Source: Deinococcus sp.
GTDB lineage: Bacteria > Deinococcota > Deinococci > Deinococcales > Deinococcaceae
NCBI GenBank assembly: GCA_965261005.1
Contig: OZ253376.1
Span: 224,001 to 288,000 of the forward strand
Reading direction: 5' to 3'
Length of the DNA: 64,000 nucleotides
Notes under the pieces: model-generated
Seen by the model: the letters and a program-made list of their open reading frames with translations, nothing else
What the model was told of the DNA's origin: nothing
The model's database searches: none
Translations under genes and position numbers: made by a program
In this document: one piece after another, positions 51,291 through 61,969 of the stretch
How positions within the stretch are numbered: the stretch's first letter is position 1
Layout of the letters: each line of letters begins with the position of its first letter

Positions 51291-52232
51291 CTAAAACTTT
51301 TTTTCCACGACCGACTCGGCGGTCTTGCGGATGGTTTCGGTGGCCCCCGGGAGAAGACCCAGCAGCGCCAGGTACAGCACTTCGAGCACCAGCACTTGGC
51401 TGGTGAGACTCGAAATGGCCCCGCCCGCCAGCGGTCCCTCGGGCGAGGCGGTGTAGAGCACCTCGCGGGCGAAGTGGGTGACGGGCGAGGAGGCGCGGTT
51501 GGTGATGGCGACGGTGTAGGCGCCGCGCTCGCCGGCCACCTTGAGGGCCTGCACGGTGTCAATGGTGCTGCCCGAGCGGGTGATGCCGATCAGCACGCCG
51601 CCTGGCGGCAGCGTGGCGGCCGAGACGGCGGCGACGTGGGGATCGGGATGTGAAAAGGCGGCCAGACCGACGCGCATCAGTTTGTGCGCGAAGAACTGCG
51701 CCGCGAGCGAGCTGCTGCCCTGCCCGGTCACGTCCACACGCGGCGCCCGCGCGACAGCCTGCGCGACGCGCAAGGCGGCCTCTGGATCGAGCGCGCGCCG
51801 CGTCTCTTCCAGGGCCGAGGTCGCCTGACGGGTCGCCTGCGCCGCGAGGTCGGCCACGCCGTCCCCCTGCGGCCATTCCCCGCCCGCCGCGCCGGCGTAA
51901 TCGAGGCTGGCGTGGTCGAGGGTCAGCGAGATCTTAAAGGCGTGAAAGCCCGGAAAGCCCAGCTTGTGGCACAGCCGCGTGACGGTCGCCTCACCCACCC
52001 CGACCGCGTCGGCGAGTTCGGTGATGGTCTGGTACACGACGCTTTCGGGATGCTCCAGCACGTAATCGGTCACGCGCCTCAGGCTTGGCGACAAAAAATC
52101 CTGCCGCGCCCGCATGCGCCCGATGGCCCCGCCTGGCAAACTGGGTTGTGAGGGCGCGCTGGGCAAGCTGAACCTTTCCGGTGGGGCAATAAATATTTGG
52201 TTAAGCCTAGGCGCTAAAAACAATTTTTGCAA
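51291..52232 (-). CDS. MurR/RpiR-family regulator (HTH + SIS); true start probably near 52.12-52.17 kb
   Basis: TITELADAVGVGEATVTRLCHKLGFPGF and ITRSG. Confidence 0.9.
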   Translation of the reverse strand: MQKLFLAPRLNQIFIAPPERFSLPSAPSQPSLPGGAIGRMRARQDFLSPSLRRVTDYVLEHPESVVYQTITELADAVGVGEATVTRLCHKLGFPGFHAFKISLTLDHASLDYAGAAGGEWPQGDGVADLAAQATRQATSALEETRRALDPEAALRVAQAVARAPRVDVTGQGSSSLAAQFFAHKLMRVGLAAFSHPDPHVAAVSAATLPPGGVLIGITRSGSTIDTVQALKVAGERGAYTVAITNRASSPVTHFAREVLYTASPEGPLAGGAISSLTSQVLVLEVLYLALLGLLPGATETIRKTAESVVEKKF

Positions 52233-52257
52233 GTGGGAAATTTTGAGATAAAAATTT

Positions 52258-53541
52258 TCAGCTCGCGGAGGTGCGGTCCGCCAAGCAGCGCAGGGCCAGT
52301 TCGCCGAAGAGGCTGTTGGCCCAGCCGAACCACGGGCGCGTGAAGCGTTGCGGGTCGTCCGGGTGAAAGCTCTCGTGCATCAGGTCGGTGCCCGCCGTCG
52401 TGGCGACCAGGGTGGCGAGCGCCCCCGCGCGCTCGGCAGCGCTTTCGGCGGTGAGACCGCCCATGCTCAGCGCGATGGGCCAGACGAAGGGGGCCGGCGT
52501 GTGCGGGCTGCCGACGCCGCTCGCGTGTGTGCCCTCGTAGAAGTACGGGTTTTCTTTACTCAGCACAAAGGCGCGGGTGTTGCGGTAGGTCGGGTCTTCA
52601 ACCGGGCGGTAGCCCAGGTAGGGGACCGAAAGCAGGCTGGGCACGTTGGCGTCGTCCATCAGCACGTGATGGCCCAGGCCGTCCGTCTCGTAGGCGTAGA
52701 TCCGGCCGAGGGTGGGGTGTTCCACCACGGCGTGGGTTTCGATGCCGTTCTCGATCTCGTCCGCGAGGGCGAGCGCTTCGCCGCTGAAGCCCGCGTCCGC
52801 CCACACCCCGCGCGCGATCTCGGCCAGGTGGCGCAGCTCGACCACGGCCATCATGTTGCCCGGCACATGATAGTTGCGCCCGCAGGCGTCGTCGCTGGGG
52901 CGAAAGGCGGACCAGACCATGCCGGTGAACGCGACCGGGTTTCCGCGCCCGCCATTCGGTAAGTTGTCCAGGGGGAATTCGGTGTCGGGACGGCGAAAAG
53001 TGTACTCGCTCCCCTCGGCGTGGCGCTGCTCGGTTCGCATTACCCGCACGGCCAGGCGCGCCGCCGCCTCGAAGTCGCCCCGCAACGGACCCGCGTCGCC
53101 CATCACCCGCCAGTAGCGGTGGGCCAGCCGAATGGGGTAGCACAACGAGTCCAACTCGAACTTGCGCTCCCACACGAAAGGGTCGCGTTCCGGCTGGTCG
53201 CCCGCGTGACCCGCCCCGTTCGGCTCCGGGTTAAAGGCGTTGGCGTAGGGGTCGCGCAGCAGTTGGCGCGCCTGCGTGTGAATCACGCCCGCGAGCACGC
53301 CGCGGAGGCCCGCGTCCCGCGCGCACAGCTCCAGATAGGGCCATACCTGCGCCGCGCTGTCGCGCAGCCACATGGCGGGAATGTCCCCCGTGACCACAAA
53401 GGTCGTGCCGTCCTCACGCGCCCGCACGGTCGTCTCCAAGCTGCTCCGCAGGCAGCGGGCGAAGACGCGCGCGAGGTTGGGCTGGTCCGCCCAGGCGCGC
53501 GTCACGTCGTCAATCAAGGCTTGCAAGCTGTCGGAGGTCAT
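52258..53541 (-). CDS. Glycoside hydrolase family 125 (exo-alpha-1,6-mannosidase-like)
   Basis: TGDIPAMWLRDS, WERKFELDS, FRPSDD, MDDANVPSLL and RPWFGWAN. Confidence 0.92.
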   Translation of the reverse strand: MTSDSLQALIDDVTRAWADQPNLARVFARCLRSSLETTVRAREDGTTFVVTGDIPAMWLRDSAAQVWPYLELCARDAGLRGVLAGVIHTQARQLLRDPYANAFNPEPNGAGHAGDQPERDPFVWERKFELDSLCYPIRLAHRYWRVMGDAGPLRGDFEAAARLAVRVMRTEQRHAEGSEYTFRRPDTEFPLDNLPNGGRGNPVAFTGMVWSAFRPSDDACGRNYHVPGNMMAVVELRHLAEIARGVWADAGFSGEALALADEIENGIETHAVVEHPTLGRIYAYETDGLGHHVLMDDANVPSLLSVPYLGYRPVEDPTYRNTRAFVLSKENPYFYEGTHASGVGSPHTPAPFVWPIALSMGGLTAESAAERAGALATLVATTAGTDLMHESFHPDDPQRFTRPWFGWANSLFGELALRCLADRTSAS

Positions 53542-53597
53542 GTCGGCCCTATTGTGCGCCCCATCGCCGCGCCGTGGCGCGAATGGTGCTCCGCCGC

Positions 53598-53635
53598 TTG
53601 ACAGGCCCGTGAAAAAGGTCTACTTTAACGGTAAA
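53598..53635 (+). promoter_or_regulatory. Sigma-70 promoter with overlapping LacI-type operator
   Basis: TTGACA(53598)-17-TACTTT(53621); near-palindrome TTTAACGGTAAA at 53624-35. Confidence 0.65.
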
Positions 53636-53743
53636 GCAAACCAAGAAAAGCAGCTGGCAAGCCGTGTACGTCGGCTGGCCGTATCCGATCCTCTCACTTT
53701 CCCATGCAGGTTTGGCCCAGCACGTTTGGACGCGGGAGCGCAC

Positions 53744-54880
53744 ATGAGCGACTCAACCTTGATCAGTCCCTTGGTCCCCAAAACGTTGGCCGACGTGGCG
53801 CGGCTCGCGGGCGTGTCCAAGATGACCGCCTCCAACGTGATCAACGGCAAGCCCGGCATGACCGAGGCCACCCGGCAGCGGGTGCTCCTCGCCATCGAGC
53901 AGACCGGCTACGTGGCGAACCCGGCGGCGCGGGTGCTGGCGGGGCGGCGCACCAACCTGATCGGCGTGATCGCGCCGCGCTACGGCGTTCCCTACGTCAC
54001 CGATCTGTTGCAGGGCGCCATGGCCGCCGCCGAGGACGTGGGCATGAACTTGGGGGTCTTCACCACCTCGGGCAACTTGGCGCTGGAACGTGAGCGCGCG
54101 GCGCTGCTGCGCGGCCTGGCCGACGGCGTGCTGCTGGTCTTGCCCAGCGGCGACCAGCGCCGCATGTTCGGGAACGTTCTGCCGGTGGTGACGGCGGGCG
54201 CCCTGAGTCCCTACAGCGTGCGCGGTGACAACGTGCTCGGCGGGCGACTGGCCGCGCGCCACCTGCTCGCCTTGGGACATGCGCGCGTGGCCTACGTGCG
54301 CGGGCCGCAGACGCCCGGAATTCAGCGCGAGGAATCGGCGGCGCGCGAGCGCGGCTTTCTGAAGGAGCTGCTCGGCGCCGGCGTGCGCGTGCCGCCCGAG
54401 TACCTGCCGGGGGGCGACTTCACCGAGGCGGGCGGCGAGGTCGCCGCATGGGCGCTGCTCAGGCTGCCCGAGCCGCCGACGGCCATCTTCGCCGCCAACG
54501 ACTCGACGGCCTTTGGGGTGTTGTGCGTCGCCGAGCGGCTGGGTTTGCGGGTGCCGCAGGACCTCTCGGTGGTGGGCTACGACGACGTCGGCGCCGCCGC
54601 GCACGCCCGCCCGCCGCTCACCACGGTGCGCCAGCCGCTGCCCGAGATGGGCCGGGCGGCGGTGCGCTTGCTGCTCGACCTTGTCCGCGCGGACCCGGTG
54701 CGCGGCCCCGCGCCGCCGCAGCCGCCCCCGCTTTTTGCCACGGCGCTGATGGTACGGCACTCCACCGGCCCGCCCAGAGATCAGGAGCGTCACGATCAAG
54801 CGTTCACCCGCGCCGCCCCTTCGCCCGGCCAGCCCAAGCCCAACCCGCCCAGGCTCAACCAAGACGCCGGAGAATCCTGA
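53744..54880 (+). CDS. LacI-family transcriptional regulator
   Basis: TLADVARLAGVSKMTASNV and VPQDLSVVGYDD. Confidence 0.93.
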   Translation: MSDSTLISPLVPKTLADVARLAGVSKMTASNVINGKPGMTEATRQRVLLAIEQTGYVANPAARVLAGRRTNLIGVIAPRYGVPYVTDLLQGAMAAAEDVGMNLGVFTTSGNLALERERAALLRGLADGVLLVLPSGDQRRMFGNVLPVVTAGALSPYSVRGDNVLGGRLAARHLLALGHARVAYVRGPQTPGIQREESAARERGFLKELLGAGVRVPPEYLPGGDFTEAGGEVAAWALLRLPEPPTAIFAANDSTAFGVLCVAERLGLRVPQDLSVVGYDDVGAAAHARPPLTTVRQPLPEMGRAAVRLLLDLVRADPVRGPAPPQPPPLFATALMVRHSTGPPRDQERHDQAFTRAAPSPGQPKPNPPRLNQDAGES

Positions 54881-54888
54881 GGTTGTTC

Positions 54889-56553
54889 ATGAAGAATCCT
54901 GTCAAACGCGCTTCGCTCGCCCTCGCCCTGCTGAGCGCCGCCCTGGGCACTGCCACCCTGAGCACGGGCGCCCTGGCCCAAGGCGCCAATCCCAAGAGCA
55001 CCTTCACGGTCGTGCGTTCCAGCCAGTGGGGCGCGCAGAACCTCAACCCCTTTTCCCCCGGCGACCAGCACCTTCAGGCCACCAACTCGGCCATTTACGA
55101 GTCGCTGTTTTTCGTGAACGGTTTGAACGGCAAGGTCACCCCCGTGCTGGGCACCAAGTACGACTGGAGCAAGGACAACAAGACCCTCACCGTCACCACC
55201 CGGGGCGGCGTGAAGTGGAACGACGGCCAAGCTTACAGCGCGAGCGACGTCGCCTTTACCTTCAACTACATGAAGCAGAACTCGGCCCTGGACCTCGCCG
55301 GCTTGTGGAAGAACGGCCTTTCGGGCGTCAAGGCGACCGGCCCCAACACCGTGCAGTTTACCTTCGACAAGGCCAACACGCCGATCTTCTTTTACCTGGC
55401 GCTGACGCCCATTGTGCCCGAGCACGTCTGGAAGGACATCAAGGACCCGGTCACCTTCACCAACCCCAAGCCCGTCGCCACCGGCCCCTTCACCTTCGAC
55501 GCCTACAGCCAGCAGGCGGTGCGCGTCCTCAAGAATCCCAACTACTGGATGAAGGGCCAGCCCTACGTGGACGCCGTCGTGTGGCGCGCGACCAGCGGCA
55601 ATGACGCCGCCCTGCTGCAACTCCTGAAGGGCGAGGCCGACTACGGCTACGTCGGCATTCCCGACCCCAAGGGCGGCTACGCCGACAAGGGGGCGAACTA
55701 CAGCTACTGGTGGCCGGTCAACAACACCAACTTCCTGTACTTCAACACCACCAAGGCCCCCTTCAGCGACGTCGCCTTCCGGCGCGCCCTGGCGACGGGC
55801 ATCGACACGCCCAACGTGGCGCAAAAGGCCTACTCGGGCGTGATCAACCCGGCCCCGGTCAGCGCGGTCATTCCGGCCCAGCAGTCCCAGTGGTTGCCGG
55901 CCAGCATGAAAATGAAGCCCACCTTCGACACCGCCGCCGCCGACAAGGCCCTCACTGCGGCCGGCTACAAGAAGAACGCCCAGGGCGTGCGCCTCGGCAA
56001 GGACGGCAAGCCGCTGCCCAGCTTCAAGATTTTGGTGGGCGCGGGCTGGACCGACTTCATCACCATGGCGCAGGTCGTGGGCGACAACCTCAAAAAGCTC
56101 GGCATCAACACCTCGATTGACCAGCAGACCTGGAGCAGCTACGCGGGCGGCCTGCAAACGGCCACCTACGACATGGGCATCTCCTGGGGCTGGGGCAACG
56201 GCCCGACGCCGTACTACCTGTTCTACTCCTCGTTTTCCCCGGAGCTGAGCGCGCCGGTCGGCAAGACCGCGCCGTCCAACTTGTCGCGCTTCACCGACCC
56301 GGCCCTGACCCAGGCCATCGCCGCCTTCCGCTCCACCAGCGACCCCGCCGCGCAGAAAAAGGCCGTGGACAACATGGTCTCGATTGTGGAAAAGGCCCAG
56401 CCGTGGGTGCCGCTGACTGACCGGGCGCAGTTCCCGCTGTACAACACCTCCAAGTTCACCGGCTTCCCGACCGCGCAGAACCCCTACAACGACGGTAGCC
56501 CCGACGACGTGGCGGGCGCGCGCCTGATGTACCTGAACGTCAAGCCCAAGTAA
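54889..56553 (+). CDS. Family-5 (Opp/Dpp-type) substrate-binding protein, probably oligosaccharide-binding
   Basis: Signal peptide, NLNPFS, VKWNDG and GWTDF; upstream of glycosidases. Confidence 0.88.
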   Translation: MKNPVKRASLALALLSAALGTATLSTGALAQGANPKSTFTVVRSSQWGAQNLNPFSPGDQHLQATNSAIYESLFFVNGLNGKVTPVLGTKYDWSKDNKTLTVTTRGGVKWNDGQAYSASDVAFTFNYMKQNSALDLAGLWKNGLSGVKATGPNTVQFTFDKANTPIFFYLALTPIVPEHVWKDIKDPVTFTNPKPVATGPFTFDAYSQQAVRVLKNPNYWMKGQPYVDAVVWRATSGNDAALLQLLKGEADYGYVGIPDPKGGYADKGANYSYWWPVNNTNFLYFNTTKAPFSDVAFRRALATGIDTPNVAQKAYSGVINPAPVSAVIPAQQSQWLPASMKMKPTFDTAAADKALTAAGYKKNAQGVRLGKDGKPLPSFKILVGAGWTDFITMAQVVGDNLKKLGINTSIDQQTWSSYAGGLQTATYDMGISWGWGNGPTPYYLFYSSFSPELSAPVGKTAPSNLSRFTDPALTQAIAAFRSTSDPAAQKKAVDNMVSIVEKAQPWVPLTDRAQFPLYNTSKFTGFPTAQNPYNDGSPDDVAGARLMYLNVKPK

Positions 56554-56569
56554 GAACGGCGTTCTCACG

Positions 56570-56602
56570 GGCGGGACCGGGAAACCCGGTTCCGCCACTT
56601 TT
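56570..56602 (+). terminator. Hairpin with T-tract after substrate-binding gene
   Basis: GGCGGGACCGGG-AAA-CCCGGTTCCGCC followed by ACTTTT. Confidence 0.6.
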
Positions 56603-56624
56603 CTAGGTTCTTGAGGAGGCCCGC

Positions 56625-57611
56625 GTGGCTTATCTGCTTCGCAAGTTCGGCATTCTGCTATTCACCCTCTGGGTGGCCGTCACGCTCAACTTCATCCTGC
56701 CGCGCCTGATTCCCGGCAATCCGGTTGGGGCCATGATCGCCAAGTACCAAGGGCGCCTTGACCCGCAGGCCGTGACGGCGCTGACCAAGGCCTACGGCCT
56801 CGATAATCAGGGCAGCATCTTTCAGCAGTACTTCAGCTACCTGGGGCGCCTGCTGGAAGGGGACTTCGGGCGCTCCATCGGCCAGTTTCCCACGCCGGTC
56901 AGCGACATCGTCGCCCGGGCGGCGCCGTGGACCATCGGCCTGATCGGCGTGACCACTGTTCTCTCCTTTTTGATCGGCAGCGCCCTGGGGCTGTACAGCG
57001 CGTGGCGCCGGGGCGGCAAGCTGGCCGACGCCCTGCCGCCCATCGCGCTGTTTCTCAACTCGATGCCGTACTTCTGGTTCGCGCTGCTGCTGCTGTACGT
57101 CTTCGCCTTCAGGCAGAGCATCTTCCCCTTGAGCGGCAACCTCGACCCCTTTCTGAACACCTACAGCCCGGAGTGGTGGTCCTCGCTGTTTCGGCACGCC
57201 CTGTTGCCGGCGGTCGCCATCACCGTGACGGCGGCGGGGGGCTGGCTGATCACCATGCGCAACAACGTGATGAACGTGATGGGCGAGGACTACCTCGCCT
57301 TCGCGCGGGCCAAGGGCTTATCCGAGGGGCACGTCCTCAACAGGTACGTGCTGCGCAACGCCCTGCTGCCCAGCTTCACCGCCTTTGGCATCGCCCTCGG
57401 CTTCGTGGTGGGCGGCTCTCTCCTGATCGAGATCGTCTTTTCTTACCAGGGCCTCGGCTACTACCTGTACCAATCGGTGGTCGGCCTCGATTATCCCCTG
57501 ATGCAGGCGATCTTCTTATACATCGCGCTGGCGGTCTTGATCGCCAACTTCATCGTGGACGCCCTGTACGCCATGCTTGACCCGAGGGTACGGGACGGGA
57601 GAATCTCGTGA
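56625..57611 (+). CDS. Opp/Dpp-type ABC permease (OppB-like)
   Basis: GDFGRSI, EDYLAFARAKGL and DYPLMQ. Confidence 0.92.
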   Translation: MAYLLRKFGILLFTLWVAVTLNFILPRLIPGNPVGAMIAKYQGRLDPQAVTALTKAYGLDNQGSIFQQYFSYLGRLLEGDFGRSIGQFPTPVSDIVARAAPWTIGLIGVTTVLSFLIGSALGLYSAWRRGGKLADALPPIALFLNSMPYFWFALLLLYVFAFRQSIFPLSGNLDPFLNTYSPEWWSSLFRHALLPAVAITVTAAGGWLITMRNNVMNVMGEDYLAFARAKGLSEGHVLNRYVLRNALLPSFTAFGIALGFVVGGSLLIEIVFSYQGLGYYLYQSVVGLDYPLMQAIFLYIALAVLIANFIVDALYAMLDPRVRDGRIS

Positions 57612-59575
57612 CCGCCATTCCGGCCAAGCTGGTTCCGCCCAAGTTCGGCGCTCGCCTTCAGGGCCTGGTCCGCTCGCCGCGCGCCACCTTTGGAGCGGCC
57701 ATCGTGCTGATTATGCTGCTGATGGGCATGTTCGCGCCGCTGCTGACGCGCTACGACCCGAGTTCCCTCCAATACGACACCTGGCTGCCGCCGTCGGGGA
57801 CGCACCTGCTCGGCACCACCGCCCTGGGGCAGGACATCTTCGCGCAGCTGCTGTACGGCGCGCGGCTCACGCTGTTGGTGGGCTTCGCGTCGGGCCTGGT
57901 CGCGACCGCTATCGGCACCACCCTGGGTATCGCCAGCGCCTACTTCGGCGGGCGCACCGACGAGGTTATCAACACCATCATCAACGTGATGTTGGTGCTG
58001 CCGGGTTTGCCGCTGCTCATCATCGCCAGCGCCTTTTTGCGCGGCAGCGGCGGCGTGTGGACCATTATCTTGGTGATCTCGCTGACCGGCTGGGCCTTTG
58101 GCGCGCGGGTGCTGCGCGCGCAGGCGCTGGCGCTCAGGGGCCGTGACTTCGTGCAGTCGGCCATCTCCACGGGGGAGGGGCCGGGGCGCATCATCTTCGC
58201 CGAGATGCTGCCGAACCTGGCGGGCCTGATCGCCGCCAACTTCTTCGGCACCGCGCTGTACGCCGTCCTCAGCGAGGCGGCGCTGTCGTTTATCGGTGTG
58301 GGCGACGTGAGCAAGATCACCTGGGGCACCATGCTGTACTGGGCGCAGGCCAATCAGGCGCTGCTCAGGAACGCTTGGTGGTGGATCGTGGCGCCGGGCC
58401 TGGGGGTCGCGCTGCTGGGCGCCGCCTTCGCGCTGCTCAACTTTGGCATCGACGAGATCACCAACCCCAAGGCCGGCTACGCCGCGGGGGCGACCCGGGT
58501 GCTGCGGCGCGGTAAGCGGGCCAAAGTCGAGGGCGTGAAGGCGGGCGGGCCGCTGCTCGCCATTCGCCACCTCGACGCGGGCTACACCACGCCCCGGGGA
58601 CCCGTGCGCGCGGTGCGCGACGTGAGCCTCGACCTTTCTCCGGGGGAGTTTTTGGGCCTGGCGGGAGAGTCGGGCTGCGGCAAGTCCACCCTGGCCTTTG
58701 CCGCCACCCGGCTGCTCGACCCCCCTGGCGCGGTGTTCGGCGGCGAGGCGGTGCTGGACGGCCAGGACTTGCTTTCTCTTTCGCACGACGAGCTGCGGCG
58801 GGTGCGTTGGAAAGAGTACTCGATGGTCTTTCAGGCCAGCATGAACATTCTCAACCCGGTGCTGAAGGTGCGCGAGCAGGTCTACGACGCGATGCAGGCG
58901 CACGGCGTCCACGACAAGAAAAAACTCGACGCCCGCGCCCGTGAACTCTTCCGCTTGGTCGGCATCCGCGAAAGCTACCTGGACGCCTACCCGCATCAGC
59001 TCTCGGGCGGCATGAAGCAGCGGGTGGTGATCGCCATCGCGCTGGCGCTCGAACCCAAGCTGGTCGTGATGGACGAGCCGACCACCGCCCTCGACGTGGT
59101 GGTGCAGCGCCAGATTTTGCAGGAGATCGACGAGGTGCGGCGTCAGCTCGGCATCTCCATCATCTTCATCACCCACGATCTGAGTTTGCTGGTCGAGATG
59201 AGCGACCGCATCGCCATCATGTACGCCGGCGAGATCGTGGAGCAGGCGCCGGCGGGGGAGATTTACGCGGACCCGCTGCACCCCTACACCCGCCTGCTGA
59301 TGACCGCCTTTCCGCCGCTGTCGGGGAAGCGCGAGCGCCGTGAGGGCATTCCGGGCCGCCCGCCGCCCTTATCCGAGGACATCCCCTACTGCCCCTTCTT
59401 CGACCGCTGCCCCAGCCGCATGCCGGGAACGTGCGACGCGCACAAGCCCGCCTTGGTCGAGGTCCAGCCCGGCCGCCGCGTCGCGTGCTTTCTGCACTCG
59501 CCGCTCTACAAGCAAGAAGAGGCTCTGGCGGAGGAGCGGGAGGTGGTGCGGCGTGCGGCCCTCGCCAGCGACTGA
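57608..59575 (+). CDS. Fused OppC-like permease + OppD-like ATPase
   Basis: HLLGTTALGQD in the membrane half; GESGCGKST, YPHQLSGGMKQR and DEPTTALD in the same frame. Confidence 0.9.
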   Translation: MTAIPAKLVPPKFGARLQGLVRSPRATFGAAIVLIMLLMGMFAPLLTRYDPSSLQYDTWLPPSGTHLLGTTALGQDIFAQLLYGARLTLLVGFASGLVATAIGTTLGIASAYFGGRTDEVINTIINVMLVLPGLPLLIIASAFLRGSGGVWTIILVISLTGWAFGARVLRAQALALRGRDFVQSAISTGEGPGRIIFAEMLPNLAGLIAANFFGTALYAVLSEAALSFIGVGDVSKITWGTMLYWAQANQALLRNAWWWIVAPGLGVALLGAAFALLNFGIDEITNPKAGYAAGATRVLRRGKRAKVEGVKAGGPLLAIRHLDAGYTTPRGPVRAVRDVSLDLSPGEFLGLAGESGCGKSTLAFAATRLLDPPGAVFGGEAVLDGQDLLSLSHDELRRVRWKEYSMVFQASMNILNPVLKVREQVYDAMQAHGVHDKKKLDARARELFRLVGIRESYLDAYPHQLSGGMKQRVVIAIALALEPKLVVMDEPTTALDVVVQRQILQEIDEVRRQLGISIIFITHDLSLLVEMSDRIAIMYAGEIVEQAPAGEIYADPLHPYTRLLMTAFPPLSGKRERREGIPGRPPPLSEDIPYCPFFDRCPSRMPGTCDAHKPALVEVQPGRRVACFLHSPLYKQEEALAEEREVVRRAALASD

Positions 59576-60599
59576 AGCTCCGGTCAACGCCGGCCCGGCG
59601 GTGGCGGTCGAGGGCCTGACCAAGGTCTTCGTGGTCGGGCGGGCCGGCAAAAAGGTGACGGCCGTCAACGACGTGACCCTGAGCATCGGGCGCGGCGAGG
59701 TGCTGGGCCTGGTGGGGGAGTCGGGCAGCGGCAAGAGCACCATCGCGCGCCTGATCGGCCGCCTGTACGAGCCGACCGCCGGCAAGATGCAGCTGGCCGG
59801 TCAGGAGATTCCGCTGCACATGGGCGGCGCGCGGCTGCGGCGCTTTCGCAAGAACGTGCAGATGATCTTTCAGGACCCTTACGGCAGCCTCAACGGCCTG
59901 CACACCATCGGCTACATCCTGTCGCGCCCGCTCAAGATTCACGGCATGGCGCGCGGGCGGGACGTGCCGGAGCGCGTGAACGCGCTGCTCGACCGGGTGG
60001 GCCTGTCCCCCGGCGCGAGCTACGCCGCCAAGAAGCCGCACGAATTGTCGGGGGGCCAGCGCCAGCGGGTGGTGATCGCCCGCGCCCTGGCCGCCCGGCC
60101 CGAATTGATCCTGGCCGACGAGCCGACCAGCGCCCTCGACGTCTCCATCCGCCTGGACATCATGAACCTGCTGCTCGACTTGCGCGATCAGGAAGGCTTG
60201 TCCATGCTCTTTATCACCCACGACCTCGCGGGCGCGCGCTACATGGCCGACCGCATCGCGGTGATGTACACCGGCTACATCGTGGAGGTCGGCCCGGCCG
60301 CCGACGTGATCGACCGGCCGCAACATCCCTACACCCAGCTGCTCAAGAGCGCCGCCCCAAATCCCGAGGCGGGCCTGAACCCGGAGCACGTCGAGGCGCG
60401 CGGCGAGGTGCCCGATTTATCGAATTTGCCGCCGGGCTGCCCCTTCGAGCCGAGGTGCCCCCACGCCCGCAAAGTCTGCTCGGAGGCGTTGCCGAGGATA
60501 TACGACGTCGGCCACGGCCACGGGGCGCGCTGCATCCTGCACGACCCAGTGCTGTCCCAACAGCCCCCCCTTCACCCCGAACTGGAGGCCAGCGCGTGA
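59553..60599 (+). CDS. OppF-like ABC ATPase
   Basis: [20 protein letters not shown] and GCPFEPRC. Confidence 0.9.
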   Translation: MRPSPATEAPVNAGPAVAVEGLTKVFVVGRAGKKVTAVNDVTLSIGRGEVLGLVGESGSGKSTIARLIGRLYEPTAGKMQLAGQEIPLHMGGARLRRFRKNVQMIFQDPYGSLNGLHTIGYILSRPLKIHGMARGRDVPERVNALLDRVGLSPGASYAAKKPHELSGGQRQRVVIARALAARPELILADEPTSALDVSIRLDIMNLLLDLRDQEGLSMLFITHDLAGARYMADRIAVMYTGYIVEVGPAADVIDRPQHPYTQLLKSAAPNPEAGLNPEHVEARGEVPDLSNLPPGCPFEPRCPHARKVCSEALPRIYDVGHGHGARCILHDPVLSQQPPLHPELEASA

Positions 60600-61969
60600 C
60601 CCTGACCAAAAGCGACACCGTCCGCAAAAATGATTTCCCGGAAGGCTTCCTGTGGGGCGCGGCGACCGCCGCTTACCAGATCGAGGGGGCCGTGAACGAG
60701 GACGGCCGCCAACCCAGCATCTGGGATACCTTCAGCCATACCCCCGGCAAGGTGAAGAACGGCGAGACGGGGGACGTGGCCTGCGACCATTACCACCTGT
60801 GGGCGCAGGACCTCGACTTGATGCAGAGCCTGGGCCTGAACGCCTACCGCTTCAGTGTGGCCTGGCCGAGAATTGTTCCGGCGGGGCGCGGCGCGACCAA
60901 CAAGGCGGGCCTCGACTTCTACGACCGCCTGACCGACGGGCTGCTTGCTCGCGGCATCGCCCCCTACGTGACGCTGTACCACTGGGACTTGCCGCAGGCG
61001 CTCCAAGACGCCGGGGGCTGGGCCAACCGCGACACCGCCTACGCGTTTACCGACTACGCCCGGGTCGTGGCGGACCGGCTGGGCGACCGCGTGTCCGGCT
61101 GGATCACCCACAACGAGCCGTGGTGCGCCGCCTTTCTGGGGAACCTGATCGGCGTTCACGCGCCGGGGGTGCAAGACCTGGAGACCGCCCTGCGGGCCTC
61201 GCACCATCTGCTGTTGTCGCACGGGATGGCGACCCCGCTGCTGCGGGAAAGCGCCCCGACCGGCATCACCCTGATCCTGGGGCCGCAGCATCCCGCCACG
61301 GACAGCCCCGAGGACGCCGCCGCCGCCCGGCGGGGGGACGGCTTTCTCAACCGCTGGTTTCTCGATCCCCTGTATGGGCGCGGCTACCCGCAGGACATGC
61401 TTGACTTGTATGCGCGGGAGGCGCCGGACTTCGCGCGGGCCATTCAGCCGGGCGATTTGGAGACCATCGCCACGCCCACCGACTTTCTCGGGGTGAACTA
61501 CTACCAGCGCAGCGTTGTGCAGGACGCCCCCGGCGAGCGTGGTCTGCTGGGGACGCGCAACCTGCACCCCGAGGGCGAGTACACCGCCTTCGATTGGGAG
61601 GTGTACCCGGACGGCCTGCGCGAGGTGCTGACGCGGGTGCAGCGCGACTACGCCCCGCCCGCCGTCTACGTGACCGAGAACGGCGCGGCCTATGAGGACA
61701 AGATCGGGCCGGACGGCGAAATTCACGACGAGGGCCGTCTGCGCTACTTCGGCAGCCACCTGGCCGCCTGCCTGGGGGCCATCCGGGAAGGGGTGCCGCT
61801 CAAGGGCTACTTCGCTTGGAGCCTGCTCGACAACTTCGAGTGGGCCGAGGGGTACGGCAAGCGGTTCGGGCTGACACGGGTGGACTATGACACGCAGAAG
61901 CGCACCCTCAAGCAGAGCGGCGCGTGGTACGGGCGGCTGGCGCGCGGCGACGACGCGCCGGCAGGCTGA
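60596..61969 (+). CDS. GH1 beta-glucosidase
   Basis: FLWGAATAAYQIEG, HNEP, TENG and DNFEWAEG. Confidence 0.95.
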   Translation: MTLTKSDTVRKNDFPEGFLWGAATAAYQIEGAVNEDGRQPSIWDTFSHTPGKVKNGETGDVACDHYHLWAQDLDLMQSLGLNAYRFSVAWPRIVPAGRGATNKAGLDFYDRLTDGLLARGIAPYVTLYHWDLPQALQDAGGWANRDTAYAFTDYARVVADRLGDRVSGWITHNEPWCAAFLGNLIGVHAPGVQDLETALRASHHLLLSHGMATPLLRESAPTGITLILGPQHPATDSPEDAAAARRGDGFLNRWFLDPLYGRGYPQDMLDLYAREAPDFARAIQPGDLETIATPTDFLGVNYYQRSVVQDAPGERGLLGTRNLHPEGEYTAFDWEVYPDGLREVLTRVQRDYAPPAVYVTENGAAYEDKIGPDGEIHDEGRLRYFGSHLAACLGAIREGVPLKGYFAWSLLDNFEWAEGYGKRFGLTRVDYDTQKRTLKQSGAWYGRLARGDDAPAG

